From assembly GCA_964016885.1 (NCBI GenBank), contig OZ024753.1:28334001-28398000 (forward strand): a stretch of DNA of 64,000 bases, written 5' to 3'. This DNA is from Eledone cirrhosa. Taxonomy: Eukaryota. Of this stretch, positions 24,972-38,126 are shown piece after piece. The translations under genes and the position numbers were made by a program. The number at the start of each line of letters is the position of its first letter. Position 1 is the stretch's first letter. The notes beneath the pieces are model-generated. The model made no database searches and was not told where the DNA came from. It was given only the letters and a program-made list of their open reading frames with translations.

Positions 24972-25450
24972 TGTTGGGTCGTCGCCGACTAAACCGGCAA
25001 CCCCACCAAGTTTACTTGGTGAGGAGGGTCATTTTGGACACTCTGCAGGACAAAAAACAAAACCTGACAAAAGGCGGAAGAACTCATAAGAGTCAACGGC
25101 CATCTGAAAGTGTGTAAATATGTATATACACATGTACTACGCAGTTAAACCACTGGGAGTGAAGGATCCCTGGCCTTTGTCAGGGCATCCTTCTAGGAGA
25201 AGGCAACTCAGGAAACTGGGATAACTCCAATATAAAACCTGCGGCTCAGTAATTACTGATGATGTTGATCTTTTCTTCTTTTCGAGTTATAGCTACTGTC
25301 GCTCAAAGAGTGGGATTGGCTCAGTGCACAGTCTTTCCTCACTTTAAAAATATCTTCACGCACAGGCATTGCATGATAGAATTAATTAATAATTATTAAT
25401 AATGGTATATCGTGCAATGGCCATACTCGATAACGAGGGGGCAGCCATCA
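24972..25450 (+). mobile_element. Putative bipartite non-autonomous RTE derivative
   Basis: RTE-5'UTR-like GGGCATCCTTCTAGGAGAAGGCAACTC motif and RTE-like 3' end CATACTCGATAACGAGGGGGCAGCC, followed by (TATG)n; no ORF. Confidence 0.5.
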
Positions 25451-25959
25451 TGTATGTATGTATGGTTTCTAAACTACATTATCCAATATGTCCTCTTTTT
25501 TTAAAGGGGGGATGAAAGCCCTTTTACAATATAGTCCTTAATATTTTAAGAAAAGATATTTTATATGCAATGACATGACAAAAAGCACCCAGTCCAACTT
25601 AGTTGGTCATTTTGGGGCCACAATAAAAAGCACCCAGTCCACCCTGTAAAGTGGTTATGTTGGGGATATGATGAAAAAGTACCCAGTCCAACCAGTCAGA
25701 TGGTCAATAAAAAGCACCCAGTCCATACTGTAAATGTAGTTGACATTAGGAAGAGCATCCAGCCATAGAAACCAAACCAGGAACAGTTCTGTATGAGCAA
25801 AACAATGACACGGTTACCTGATCTGACTTATCTCACCATGAGACAACTCATCTAACCCATGGTAGCATGGAAAATGGATGTTAAATGGTGCTGCTGATGA
25901 TGATGATGGTGGTGGTGGTGGTGGTGGTCATGATAGTAATGATGATTAAAAGAATATTA

Positions 25960-26830
25960 TTATAGCAGTTGTAAAATTAGTCATAGAAAATGTTATAAAG
26001 AAAGGCTTTGAAATTATGAAATGGTAAAAAAATTCATAACTTCAACATTGTAAGCTTTTTTTTTTTTAATGAGATAGATGAGTCGCCATTTGGAAGTTTT
26101 AATATTCTTCAGCAGTCCTAGCAAAAAATGCATTGTTGACGAATTTCATTTTGACAAATGTATTAAGATTGGCTTGAAGGGTAAAATGATTTACTTATGT
26201 TTCAAGAAGTATTTGAGAGAAGGATATAGTTATTACTTCTGATGGGGAACCAATCATAATTAGTTACTGTCAAGGTTTTTTCAGCTTTCCTAAAGAAAAA
26301 GGTTTCTTATGTATGTAGTGTATATAGTATTTTACACAAACAGCATCTTGTGGAAAAAAATCTTGATGGAGAACTTCACAAAATTCTTTGGATGTATATT
26401 TCAAATCTATAAATAAGATGAATGAAAACCTGATCAGTTATAAACTTTTTTATTGTACAATATCAATGATGAAAATTTCAAACAGCTATTCTATGTTGAA
26501 ATAGAAAATGCAAATATTGATAATAGCATATCAGAGGAATTGATTAAAATGAATGCAGAATTCGAGGTAATGGCATTGTTCAAATATACAACTTTGGGGA
26601 ATTCTAGAACAACGAAAGTGTTGCAACCAAATCTCTGAATCTAAGGACAGTTTCTGATGTGTTTATATATGGTCAAAACTAAATTTAGCATATAAATACA
26701 CTGTTTAGTAGACCTAGAAACAAACTTAACATCGATGTACCAAGTGATAATCTAACACTTAAAACTCACAGATTTTCATCCTAATATTCATATTATTGTT
26801 ACCAGTCATCCATTTCATTAGGAATGTAAA
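25960..26830 (+). pseudogene. Degenerate hAT (Buster/Charlie-like) transposase fragment
   Basis: Fragments VITSDGEPII, LHKQHLVEKNLDGELHKIL and LKLTDFHPNI match the TDGA, HCxxH and C-terminal hAT motifs. Confidence 0.55.
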
Positions 26831-26844
26831 CATTTTTTAATTTA

Positions 26845-27056
26845 AACATTTAGCATTTACATTACTCTATATATATACTCTTGTATTTTTATGGTAAAAG
26901 CTTTATCTCACATAATATCTTACATAATATCGAATCTATGAGATTTTGATATTATTTATTTTAGAACAATACCTTAACATCAGTATGAGTGGCCAATTAT
27001 GGCCAGTTCGAACAAAAAAGGTGAGAGAATTCTGGTCGGTTTAAATGCTAAATGGT
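26845..27056. mobile_element. piggyBac-like MITE, degenerate
   Basis: Colinear with 3922-4145. Confidence 0.7.
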
Positions 27057-27356
27057 TAAAGGTATCTCATTATTTATTTCTGACTTTGCTGCAGGTATTA
27101 TTAATAACGGAGATATTTGATAAATTCTAAATGAACTAATTTTGCTTGCAAGTTACTCTCTTATAATATTTAATCCCTAATTAAATGTCATTAAACTAGA
27201 AATATGAAAAATGCATTTTATAAAATAAAAAAAAGCGGAAAACGAAAAGCTTATTTGCCAATCTTGTTGTTTAATGGAGTAAATTTGAAGGTGGGTTTCT
27301 GCTATGATTATGTTTATGAAATAAATCAATTATCAATTTTTATCAGCAATAAAGTA

Positions 27357-28392
27357 TCAGATTGTTCTGAAATTAATGCAGGTTTTGAAACATTAACTTT
27401 ACAACAACATATCTCAGCCCAGAATAAACTTTATTGATTGAAATAAAAACCATTAGAATCAACATGTTTGCCAACAAGGTACTCATATATTTGTTCTGTA
27501 GATGATGAATTCTTCGAAGGCATTTTTTGTCGCTGTTTGGTTGTTGTAGAATTTTCCTTGGAAGAGTTGTTGAAATGCTTGCAGAATTGATAGCTAGTTG
27601 GTGAAAGATCTGGTGAACATTGGTTATGTGATGTGTGATCAACTGTTGTCATGCAAGAGGATTCAACCTTTTCTGTTGACAAATGCTGGAGAAATTCTCT
27701 ACAATTTCATGACAACTCATTTCTGATGTGATTGTTTTGATTGGATTCAGAAAACTTTAGGGAATTAAACCAGCTGTGGACTACCAAACAGTCTCCTTAA
27801 CCTTCTTTTGGTGTAATTTCGCCTTTGGGAAGTTTCTAGGAGTTCATCTTCGTCCAGCCACTGTGCTGAATGTCGTTGGTTATTGTATAGGACTTGCTTT
27901 TCATTGCATGACTCAATGCAATAAAAAATGGATTGTTGTACAAAAAATATATTGTTGTACAAAAGAAACAAAGAGCAGACTTCATATGACAATTTTTCTG
28001 GTCCTTGTTCAAGTTGTGTAGCACCTACTTTTCAAGGTTCTTCAATTTTCCAATTTGGTTCAAATGTTCTGTTCAATTATGTGTGGATTTGCTTCCACCA
28101 TTGCTAATGCTAGAAAGATGTCCACGATCTCCCCATATTTTGAAGAGTGAACTAACCAATATTGGATTCACCACTGTGTATTTATTAACACTTCCTTGAT
28201 GTTTCTAACTGTTTGTGTTGCACTGTAGCTAAGTTTAAACTCCTGAAGATAAATTTGATGAAAATCCTGTTTTATATTAGAAACAGATAACACAGAAATT
28301 ATGTATCATAAATGATATATAATTTTACACACTTTTTTTATTCTTACAAATATGTTTACAAAAAAACCTGCATTAACTTCTAAACAATCCAA
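27357..28392 (-). mobile_element. Degenerate mariner transposon with both TIRs
   Basis: ~30-bp TIRs TCAGATTGTTCTGAAATTAATGCAGGTTTT / AAAACCTGCATTAACTTCTAAACAATCCAA with TA TSD; remnants YNNQRHSAQWLDEDE and CSPDLSPTSYQF (YSPDL motif). Confidence 0.85.
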
Positions 28393-29179
28393 TACAATCT
28401 ACCAATGTTTGATATTGTGAGAAAATAAATGGTGATATAACTTTTTAGTATACACTTTATATTGTTAATATTACTAATTTTGAACAAAACTGCAAAGTAT
28501 ATTATCTCTTTTGATTTCTTACAATGGACGATTTTAATATGAAATGTTTGTGTTGCATACATTATCACTGATAAAACTTTTTAATGACTTTTCAATTCCT
28601 GTACATCATTTTTGTTAAACTAGAATATTATTGATAGTAAATTAATTTTATGAATATACATACTATGTAAACTCTCTTTTGACTTCATTCCACTAAACTA
28701 TAAAATCATAATTGTTTCTACTTTTGGACAAGGCCAGCAATTGCCCAGTACATTACTGGTACTTTATTTCATCATAATACAATTTTATTGAGTGTGTAAC
28801 TAAGTGTTGATGAATGCTCTGTAAGTTAATGATGTGGTTGACAGATTCAAAAGTTTGAGAAACTCTGGTGTAGAGGCTCCGTCAGTAGTATCATGGTTAT
28901 ATGTGTGAGAATATATGCACCCATCCAACCAACCACTCATCCATCCATTGATATCGAAACAATTGTAATATGTGAATAAAATGTGTATATGATGCAACCT
29001 TAATACTTAGTTCCTGCTTACTTGTATATAGTTGTCTTTTCAATACAAAGCTTGATTGATCACTTCGGTCTACATGATGCTCAGTTCTGGCATGAGATCT
29101 TATATGCAGACTATATATATATATACATGTATATATGTGTTCTTCTGTGTTGTTTTTCCTAGTTGATTTTTGCCTAAAT

Positions 29180-29375
29180 CAAAGTGGATTGGCAGTAAAG
29201 GTTGAGTGTCAGACACCCTGCTTTGCAGCATAGAGTTATGTCCTTTTACATTCCGAGTAAAAATCCTGCCGAGATTAGCTTTGCCTTTCATCCTTACAGG
29301 ATAAAATAACGCACCAGTCATGCACTTGGGTTGATTTAATTACTGGCCTCATGCCTATACTAGAAATCATTATTA
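29180..29375 (+). mobile_element. SINE family 1 copy
   Basis: GTGGATTGGCAG head and TTTGCCTTTCATCCTTAC body. Confidence 0.7.
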
Positions 29376-30099
29376 TTATTATAATACTGTGACAAAAATC
29401 TCTAAAAACATCATCAACAACAACAAGATAATTCAAAGAATAAGGAAAAGAAATAAAAAAAAAATATTGTTCTTAAGATATGCTTAGATATTTCTGGCCA
29501 GAATGAAATCTAAATAAAATATAAACTAACAATAATATATACTTGAGGATAGAAAAAAGAATCACTTCTCAATGTAAATAGTTTCCTGTCAGCTGAAAGA
29601 GTATATTTTTAACATGAAATGGGGTGTACTGCTAATGAAGCAGATACGGGTCTCTCTCTCTCTATATATATATATCTATATATCTATATATATCTATATA
29701 TACAAATATAAATTAGCGAGAATCATTTTCAGCTCAGGAATTAACGAAAATCAACGTCCGATATGTGTGGCAAGCGCTCGATGAATCATATGAATCAGAG
29801 CTACAACATACGTTAAGGGCCAAACACACTGAGATGATGGTTAAACATATCATCCGCACAGCCAAAACAAAACGACCAAGTAATTCGGGTCAAACAATAG
29901 AAATATATGTGTTGATACTTTCCCTATCTATCTATCTATATATATATATATATATATATATATAATCAGTTCCCGTCCCACCCTTGCAAGCAGGGAAAAA
30001 GCGGACGTAAAATGATGATGATGATGATGATGATATATATGTGCTGTATTAATGAGTGTCTCTGTGTGTACCTGTCTGTCTGGCTGTTTATGTATGTTA

Positions 30100-30560
<461 letters not shown>

Positions 30561-32019
30561 TAAAAGTCATTTGTAAGCAGAATGTGATGCTATGATTCAA
30601 AGTCATTATAAGTCTCCTATTATTATCATTGCTGTCCTCATTATTGCAACACCTACATATACCATTAGATACACAATTTGACAGACATATTAATCTGTGT
30701 ATATTATGTGTGTGGTTTGGCTTGTACTTCATACTTGGAACTAGTTGTAAATGTTTGACAAGTTAAGTGTGCACAGTTCATTGGATATGTGACATGATTC
30801 TCTGAGACAGGCTTTGAGTAGTAATTACATATATACATAGAAAAATATACATTGGATTTTTATATACATTATGTATGTATATAAATGCACACACATACAT
30901 ACATCATATATCCCCCCTTCCCCCCTGTAAGTCTGTACGGTTTTGAAATACAAAAACTGTCAAAATGTCATCTTATTTGTAAACACTCCCAGTATATATA
31001 CAACAATACTTATTTATATATGTAATTCTTATCAAGCAGAGAAAAAGCAAAAGTTATTAGTCACTAATATACTAGACATTTCAATGAAAAGATAGTTGAA
31101 AACATCTAAATCAGATACACATACAGAGATAGTTTAACTTATGCCAGCATCTCCATCAGGTAGAATACAAGTAAAACTATCTAATACAAGAGAATTTCAC
31201 TTACATCTTATCCCTAATTGAAGTTTCTGGAATTATGAAACAATATTGACCATCTTAATAAATTAAGACAACCAGCATTGGAAAAAAATTCCTTCATCAG
31301 AGGGCTTCTTTGGAAGTCATCATCATTATCATCCTTTAACTTCCATCTTCCACGCTAGCCACGGGCTGTCCTTTTGTGAGAGATCAGGTTGGGGGACCAT
31401 AATTCACTCACACAGAACTGATTTTGGCTTGGTTTCTACAGCTGGATGCCCTTCCTAACGCCAACCACATTTACAGTGCGGACTGGGTGCTTTAAACGGA
31501 TGTTATCCTTATTGAACCAGTGTATTGCATATAGTTACACATGCGTGTAGTTCAGCCAACTAAATGAATATTTGTATATCAAGGTCAATATGACTGGTTC
31601 ATAATGATGCTAGAAATAACACCCATGAAGTCTGTCTACAGCAACTCAACTATTAAGAAGTAGTAAATATCAAGCAGAGAAAAAGTTATCTGTCACTAAT
31701 ATACTACCTGATGGAGAATTTTTCATAGGTTTATATGTTTATATGCAATACTTATGTATATATGCATATGCCTATGTTCTACCAATGTATTGAGTACTTT
31801 TTTATAACTGTTATCACCTCTCAATATACATCAAGAATCCCTTAGATATATATATATATCATATATATATACATATGTATATATAAGGGGATTCTTGATG
31901 TATCATATATATATATATCATATATATATATATATTATCATCATTGTTTTTATATGTCTTTCCATGCTTACATGGGTTGAACAGGAAGATTCTCAATCTT
32001 ATGCAAATGGCTCAAGGGC

Positions 32020-32540
32020 ATGTCAGTTGTTTTATGATAAAAAGCTGAAATAAACTGAAAAAGCTACACAACTCCACAAACTTTCTGAAAAAGAGCAGAT
32101 TTCTTCACTCGTCCCCATAACCACAAATTTATCTTAAAGATGTGGAAAATCTATTTTAAACAATAAACTCTAAATACCATAGACCCCACTCACTGACCAC
32201 TGATATTTATCTGCTTTAATATTGACCTTCCTCTTTAAACCTAATCATTACTATTTCTCCTTTTTTTCTTTATGTAGGCCTTTTAATAGTTAGATCCCAT
32301 TATTCTTCATAAATTATATCTAACTATTCTGTTATTAACTAACTTCTTACTTTTCTTTTACCACCCTCTATATCTAAAACATCTCTCCCTATATATTTCT
32401 TACTCTTTCTTTTCTTTTGGAACTCTTTCATGTTTGAAGGAAAGAAAACATAACCATTTTAAAATGGAGTCATAGGCTGAGGATCTAGGGCTTATCTCAA
32501 TGAAAATTGGAAATAGTCAGCCAGAGAAACAGTTGTACGA
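32020..32540 (+). mobile_element. Penelope-like element 3' remnant (GIY-YIG C-terminus plus pseudo-LTR)
   Basis: CQLFYDKKL and ...PHNHKFILKMWK resemble the Neptune-type CxLCxxEK and LNKRxE..CxHxxKF motifs; degenerate CTGAGGA...GAAA...GTC at 32475-32522. Confidence 0.5.
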
Positions 32541-32760
32541 TAAATGACAACATAGGTAGTGTAATGAATATCTATTCATCATAAACCTTCACACAGATTG
32601 AGTGTTCCCCAAACTTTGGACATTCTTGTGTGTGCACATTATATATATATATATATATATATGCCATAGTGGTAGAACACTGGAAGGTAATATCTGTAGT
32701 GGTAGAGCACTCAGTCCCTGGGACGAGTTAGGTAGAAGTGGTTACACAACAGTTAGTTCA

Positions 32761-32810
32761 CCATACCGAGAACAATTGTTTCACCTTAGCGGATCCTCAG
32801 CTCATAATGG
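32761..32810 (-). ncRNA. Hammerhead ribozyme motif
   Basis: Minus strand CCATTATGAG-CTGAGGA-TCCGCTAAGGT-GAAAC-AATT-GTT-CTCGGTATGG; palindromic stem III; lies in a 160-bp insert between (TA)n tracts. Confidence 0.6.
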
Positions 32811-33224
32811 ACATGGTTTTATATATATATATAAACACGTATATATTCATATATATGTGTGCATATATATACATGCATATATTATATATACACATACAGA
32901 CATATATATATATATATATATATCATTATTAAAAATATCAAAGTAGGATTCTTTTTCATTACTTCAAGTATATATATATATATGTGTGGATGTGTTTGTG
33001 CATGTGTGTGTATGCATGTATATGCATGCACGTGTGCATCCATGTGCATGTACATGTATGTGTTCATGTATGTGTATGCATGTATGTGTGTGTATGTGCA
33101 TGTATGTATATGCATGTATGTGTATTTATATATTCAATAATGTTTTCAGTTCATTATAATGTATAGAGATTTCAGAATGTTTGTAACTGGGGTTTGTCAC
33201 TCTATGATATTTATTGTAAAAACA

Positions 33225-33350
33225 AAATGAAGAACATTGCAAAAACAAACAAACCAAAACCCTAAAAAATGAAGAACATTGCAAAAACAAACAAACTAAA
33301 ACCCTAAAAAAATGAAGAACATTGCAAAAACAAACAAACCAAAACCTTAA
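33225..33350. repeat. ~41-bp unit x3
   Basis: AAAATGAAGAACATTGCAAAAACAAACAAACCAAAACCCT in triplicate. Confidence 0.9.
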
Positions 33351-34648
33351 ATAACTACAACTAAAACAACAAACAAACGCAAATGAAGAGACAAATATGG
33401 AAACGAAAAGAGTTACAGAAATAGAAAAAAATTGTTTTACAAATAAATAACAGCAATCCCATTATAGATTCTCTCTATGGTATAGCACAACTGTTGCAGC
33501 CACCACTACCATCACCATCAACCCACCACCACCACCACCATCAACCCACTAACACACCACCACCACCACCACCATCACCATCAACCCACTAACACACCAC
33601 CACCACCACCACCACCACCACCACCACCACCATCAACCGACTAACACACCACCACCACCACCCACCACCACCATCAATCTATTAACACACCACCACCATC
33701 ATCAACATTGCCACCACCGCCATCTCTGCCACTGTTGCTACCACTACTACTACCACAACCACCACTACCAGCAGCACCAGCATCACTGCAACCACCACCA
33801 CCATCAACACCATTACTACCACTGCCACCACTAGCACCAGCACTACTGCAACCACTACCACTGCCACCACCACCAGCACCAGGACCAGGACCACCACACT
33901 CCCCACCACCACCACTGCATCCACCACAGCTTCCACAATCACCACTACCACCACCACCACCACCACCACAATCCACCAACACCACCACCACCTCTACCAC
34001 CAACACAATCCCCACCACCATTGCAACCACCACTATCCCCCCCCCAATCCACCAACACCACCACCACCTCTACCACCAACACAATCCCCACCACCATTGC
34101 AACCACCACTATCCCCCCACCACCATTGCAACCACTACAATCACCACCACAAAGAATCACCACTACCACCACCGACCCCATCACCATCACACCCATCCTT
34201 CTACACCCTACCCCACCACTAGTATCCTATAAAAAAAACAACTGAAGTCTCTTACAGTGTTGCCATAAATTTCAGTCACAATTTACAGTATCTGTAGCAT
34301 TGGTCAATATACCTTGCAGTATTTACTACCAACTCTTTACACTCTTAGTACAAATCCCTACCAGGTATACTTTGACTTTCATTCTTCTGAGGTTGATGAA
34401 ATAAAGTAAAATAAAAATTACCACTATTATTGAAGTCAGATAAGCAGTTTGATGTGAAGCTACCTGAAACCAATTCTGGTTCCATAATATAAAGTAGTTT
34501 ATTTAAAGTGTTTTTCTATGACTTCTTTTACAGCTGCTGTAGTAATTGTTTCTACTTTTAGCACAAGGCCATCAATTTGAAGGGAAGGAGAAAGTCGATT
34601 AAATCAACCCCAGTACATTACTAGTGCTTTATTGTATCGGCCTCTTAA

Positions 34649-34886
34649 CCCTTTATCATTTAAACTGACAATATCCAGCCAGAATTCTCTCACCTCTTAC
34701 TGTTCAAACTGGCTGAAACTGGCTACTCATACTCATGTTAAGGTATTGTTCATGTTAAGGTATTGTTCTCAAAATAAATAATATCAAAATCTCATAGATT
34801 CGATATTATGTGAGATAATTATGTGAAATAAAAACTTTACCACGAAAATATAATACTAAATATAGATTAATGTAAATGCTAAAGGG
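34649..34886. mobile_element. piggyBac-like MITE inserted in a SINE family 1 copy (34545-35000, minus)
   Basis: Duplicated TTAA; the SINE sequence resumes (GGATGAAAAGC) directly after the MITE. Confidence 0.8.
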
Positions 34887-35826
34887 TTAAGGATGAAAAG
34901 CAAAACTAGCATTGGTAGGATTTGAACTCAGAATGTAAAGGGTCGTAACTCTATGCTTCTAAGCATATTGTTCAATGCTCTACTGATTCTGCCATAATAT
35001 TCTCTCTAATCACAATCATCATCTAATGTCCATTTTCTATGCTAGCATGGGTTAGACAAGTTGTCCTGTTGTGAGACAAGTCAGAGCAGGTAACCATGTC
35101 TTGCTCACACAGAGCTATTTTTAGCTTAGTTTCTACAGCTCTATGCCCTTCCTAACACCAATCACATTTAAGCATTTATAACTTATTGAAAAATTATCAA
35201 TCATAATTTTATGTGACAAACTTTGTTAAGTTATGTTCCAAACACCAGCTTAACAATAAAATAAATTAGTTATATTATTAAATCCTTCCAAATTCTTGAT
35301 TATTTTCAAAATAATTTTAAAATCTTAACATCAGAAATATGATAACAAAAGAGTTAATGGACTATGAATTACTCTGCAAAACTACCAATGCCATCACCAT
35401 CACCATCAACATTACCATCATCACCACCACAAACACCAACACCACCACCACCACCACCATTAGTACCAGTGCTACACCACCACCAACACCACCATAACCA
35501 CCATCATAACAGCAACAACCACCACCACTACCACCACTACCACCACCAACACCACCAACAACAATACCAACACCAACACTACCATCACCACACCAATACC
35601 ATCACCACCACTCCACCACTGTCACAACTTGTACCCCTTCCCCCAACCACCAGCACCACTGTAACCACCACCATAACAGCAACAACCACCACTACCAACA
35701 CCACCATCACCATCCCTCCCACTGCTAAAATGCAAAAGAATCATCCATTTAGTTTTCCATAGATCTATAGTCAAAGTAATGCTCAATTATTTTCACTTCT
35801 ATTTTCTTCTTTCACACAATAGTATG

Positions 35827-35860
<34 letters not shown>

Positions 35861-36141
35861 ATATATATATGTGATATATATATGCATATATATATATGTG
35901 TGTGAGCATGGTTGTGTGCGAGCAGAATTCTATTCATTCCTTGTAACAATTCTCATTTGTTAGAAGCAATTTCTATTGTGACAGAACAATCTATCAATGC
36001 TATATTGCACGTGCATATGTATGTTTATGTGAAATTGTGTGTGTATCTATATATACATATATGCACAAACATGCACACACACACATATATATATATGCAC
36101 ACACATGTATATGTGTGTATATGCATATGCATATATATGTC

Positions 36142-36173
<32 letters not shown>

Positions 36174-36415
36174 GGTTGTCTCCAAAATATGTATACACAA
36201 AGGCTGTGCATTCTAATAAATATTGTCTGTACAGGTAATGAAGGTGTGTATACATTTTTGGGACACCCTGTAAAAATATATGGCACTGGCTATTGAAATG
36301 GCAAGAGCTCAGCTGTCGGGTTGACTCTTTCATATTATCACACTCTACTACCCCAGGTATGGTCTAAACAGGTTTTTACTGCATCCATTTTGATTTATAA
36401 ATATATATATATAAA

Positions 36416-36640
36416 TATTGTTATACTTGGGGAGGGTCATATTGTAATACTGCCAGAAATAATAACAGAACACACTCACTGTTTGGTTGGTTTTCGCTTC
36501 TGTATCTTTTATATCTCCATAGTTAATTTATTGGGCAATGAATGTTTATCATTGATTGACCAGCTGTTAGAAATACAGATATAAATATATAGTCTATCAA
36601 AGTTCTTTTGTTGCACATCTGCAACATCATCAGTGGTAAT
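36416..36640 (-). mobile_element. PLE pseudo-LTR-like fragment with degenerate hammerhead
   Basis: Shares its terminus TATTGTTATACTT(G/T)GGGAGGGTCAT with 37852; minus strand CTGATGA-TGTTGCA..TGCAAC-AAAAGAACTTT. Confidence 0.5.
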
Positions 36641-37651
36641 ATCAATTTAGCAATTTATATATTTTTTGTAAATAAAGATATAATCATGCCAAATATACAG
36701 ACCTTTTGTGCATTGAAAAAAAATGCAAAATAATCATTATTCAGTGCAAGTTGTGTCCCCATCAGAAAGATGTATTTTATCTAAACAAAGGAGCCGATCC
36801 TTAAATCAAACCAAAGAAACCATGCTTCCATTGGTTTTTCTATTGCTGATACTATCTACAGGTTGCAGCTCCTGGTAGAAGTATCATTTAATCTTTAACA
36901 CACTGTCAGTAACACAAGGCACCTTAATCTACCCTTAATAGATAATCCAGTTTCAAGGGAATCAGCTCAACACTAAATGTTAAATAACCAGAAAAAAATA
37001 CATAATAGAAGAGCTATATAGTTGTAGTATCTATGAATGGTCATACTAATTTGCATATTATTAGCACTCATGCTGATAGTTAATTGAAACTTATAATAAG
37101 TTGTTCCGCTAAGAAACTAAAATTCATGATAAATTTATCATCATCATCATCATCATCTTCGTTTAACGTCCATCTTCCATGCTAGCATGGATTATATTTG
37201 TATATATACACCATTCAGCTGAGACTGTTTAAATGTGTATATAAATATACACGTTTAGTATATAGACTTGTAAACATGTTAAATATTCGCATTTCCCTGT
37301 AAATAACTTTATTGTAACTTCATCTGATTAAGACACAACTTTGTGTATATGTGTGTACCTGCATATGTATGTGAGGATGTCTATGTGTTTGTATGTATAT
37401 GGCTGACTAAACACACGTGTGCTTTCCGCCTACAAAAAAAAAAAAAAATTCCGTTTATATTTTTACTCTCATCTATCCTATTAATTCTTCTCTCTCTCAT
37501 TCTACTTTCTGATGAAGGACTAATGTCCAAAACATTAAAACTCTTTCTCTAGTATATCAAGTGTTAAACTAATATATATCATCATTGTTCTGCAGTTTTC
37601 TCCTCTGTTGTTTTACCTTGTTAACTTTTCACACACATACTCACACATACA

Positions 37652-37752
<101 letters not shown>

Positions 37753-37851
37753 GTGTGTCTATATATATATATATGTGTATATATATGTGTGTATATATAT
37801 ATATATATATGTGTGTGTGAGTGTATATATATATATATGTGTATATATATA

Positions 37852-38100
37852 TATTGTTATACTTTGGGAGGGTCATGTTGCCAATAAGAAACACACGCAC
37901 CAGTTGCTTTCACTTCAATTTATTATAATAAATTTATAAATTTAGGAATTTATAAATTTCCGGTTGGTTGGTTCCACAACCAGATGGTTGTTTACATATT
38001 GTCAAAGTTCTTTCGTCACACATTCTGTGACCTCTTCAGTGACTGGGGATTCTTTTCTTTGTTTTTGTGCCTCTCCTTTGTTCTGTCCTACGCCATCTTG
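37852..38100 (-). mobile_element. PLE pseudo-LTR-like fragment
   Basis: Abuts (TA)n, carries the hammerhead at 38001-38043, and is homologous to 36416-36640. Confidence 0.55.
38001..38043 (-). ncRNA. Minimal type I hammerhead ribozyme
   Basis: GTCA-CTGAAGA-G-GTCACA-GAATG-TGTGAC-GAAA-GAA-CTT-TGAC; stems I and II fully paired. Confidence 0.7.
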
Positions 38101-38126
38101 TTTCTGAAACAAGATGGCGTAGGACA

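Noticed and set aside
33674-34245. Pro-rich (formin/extensin-like) or Gly-rich ORFs
   Set aside because: Degenerate (CAC)n tract; no splice or domain context; similar tracts at 16.0 and 35.4 kb.
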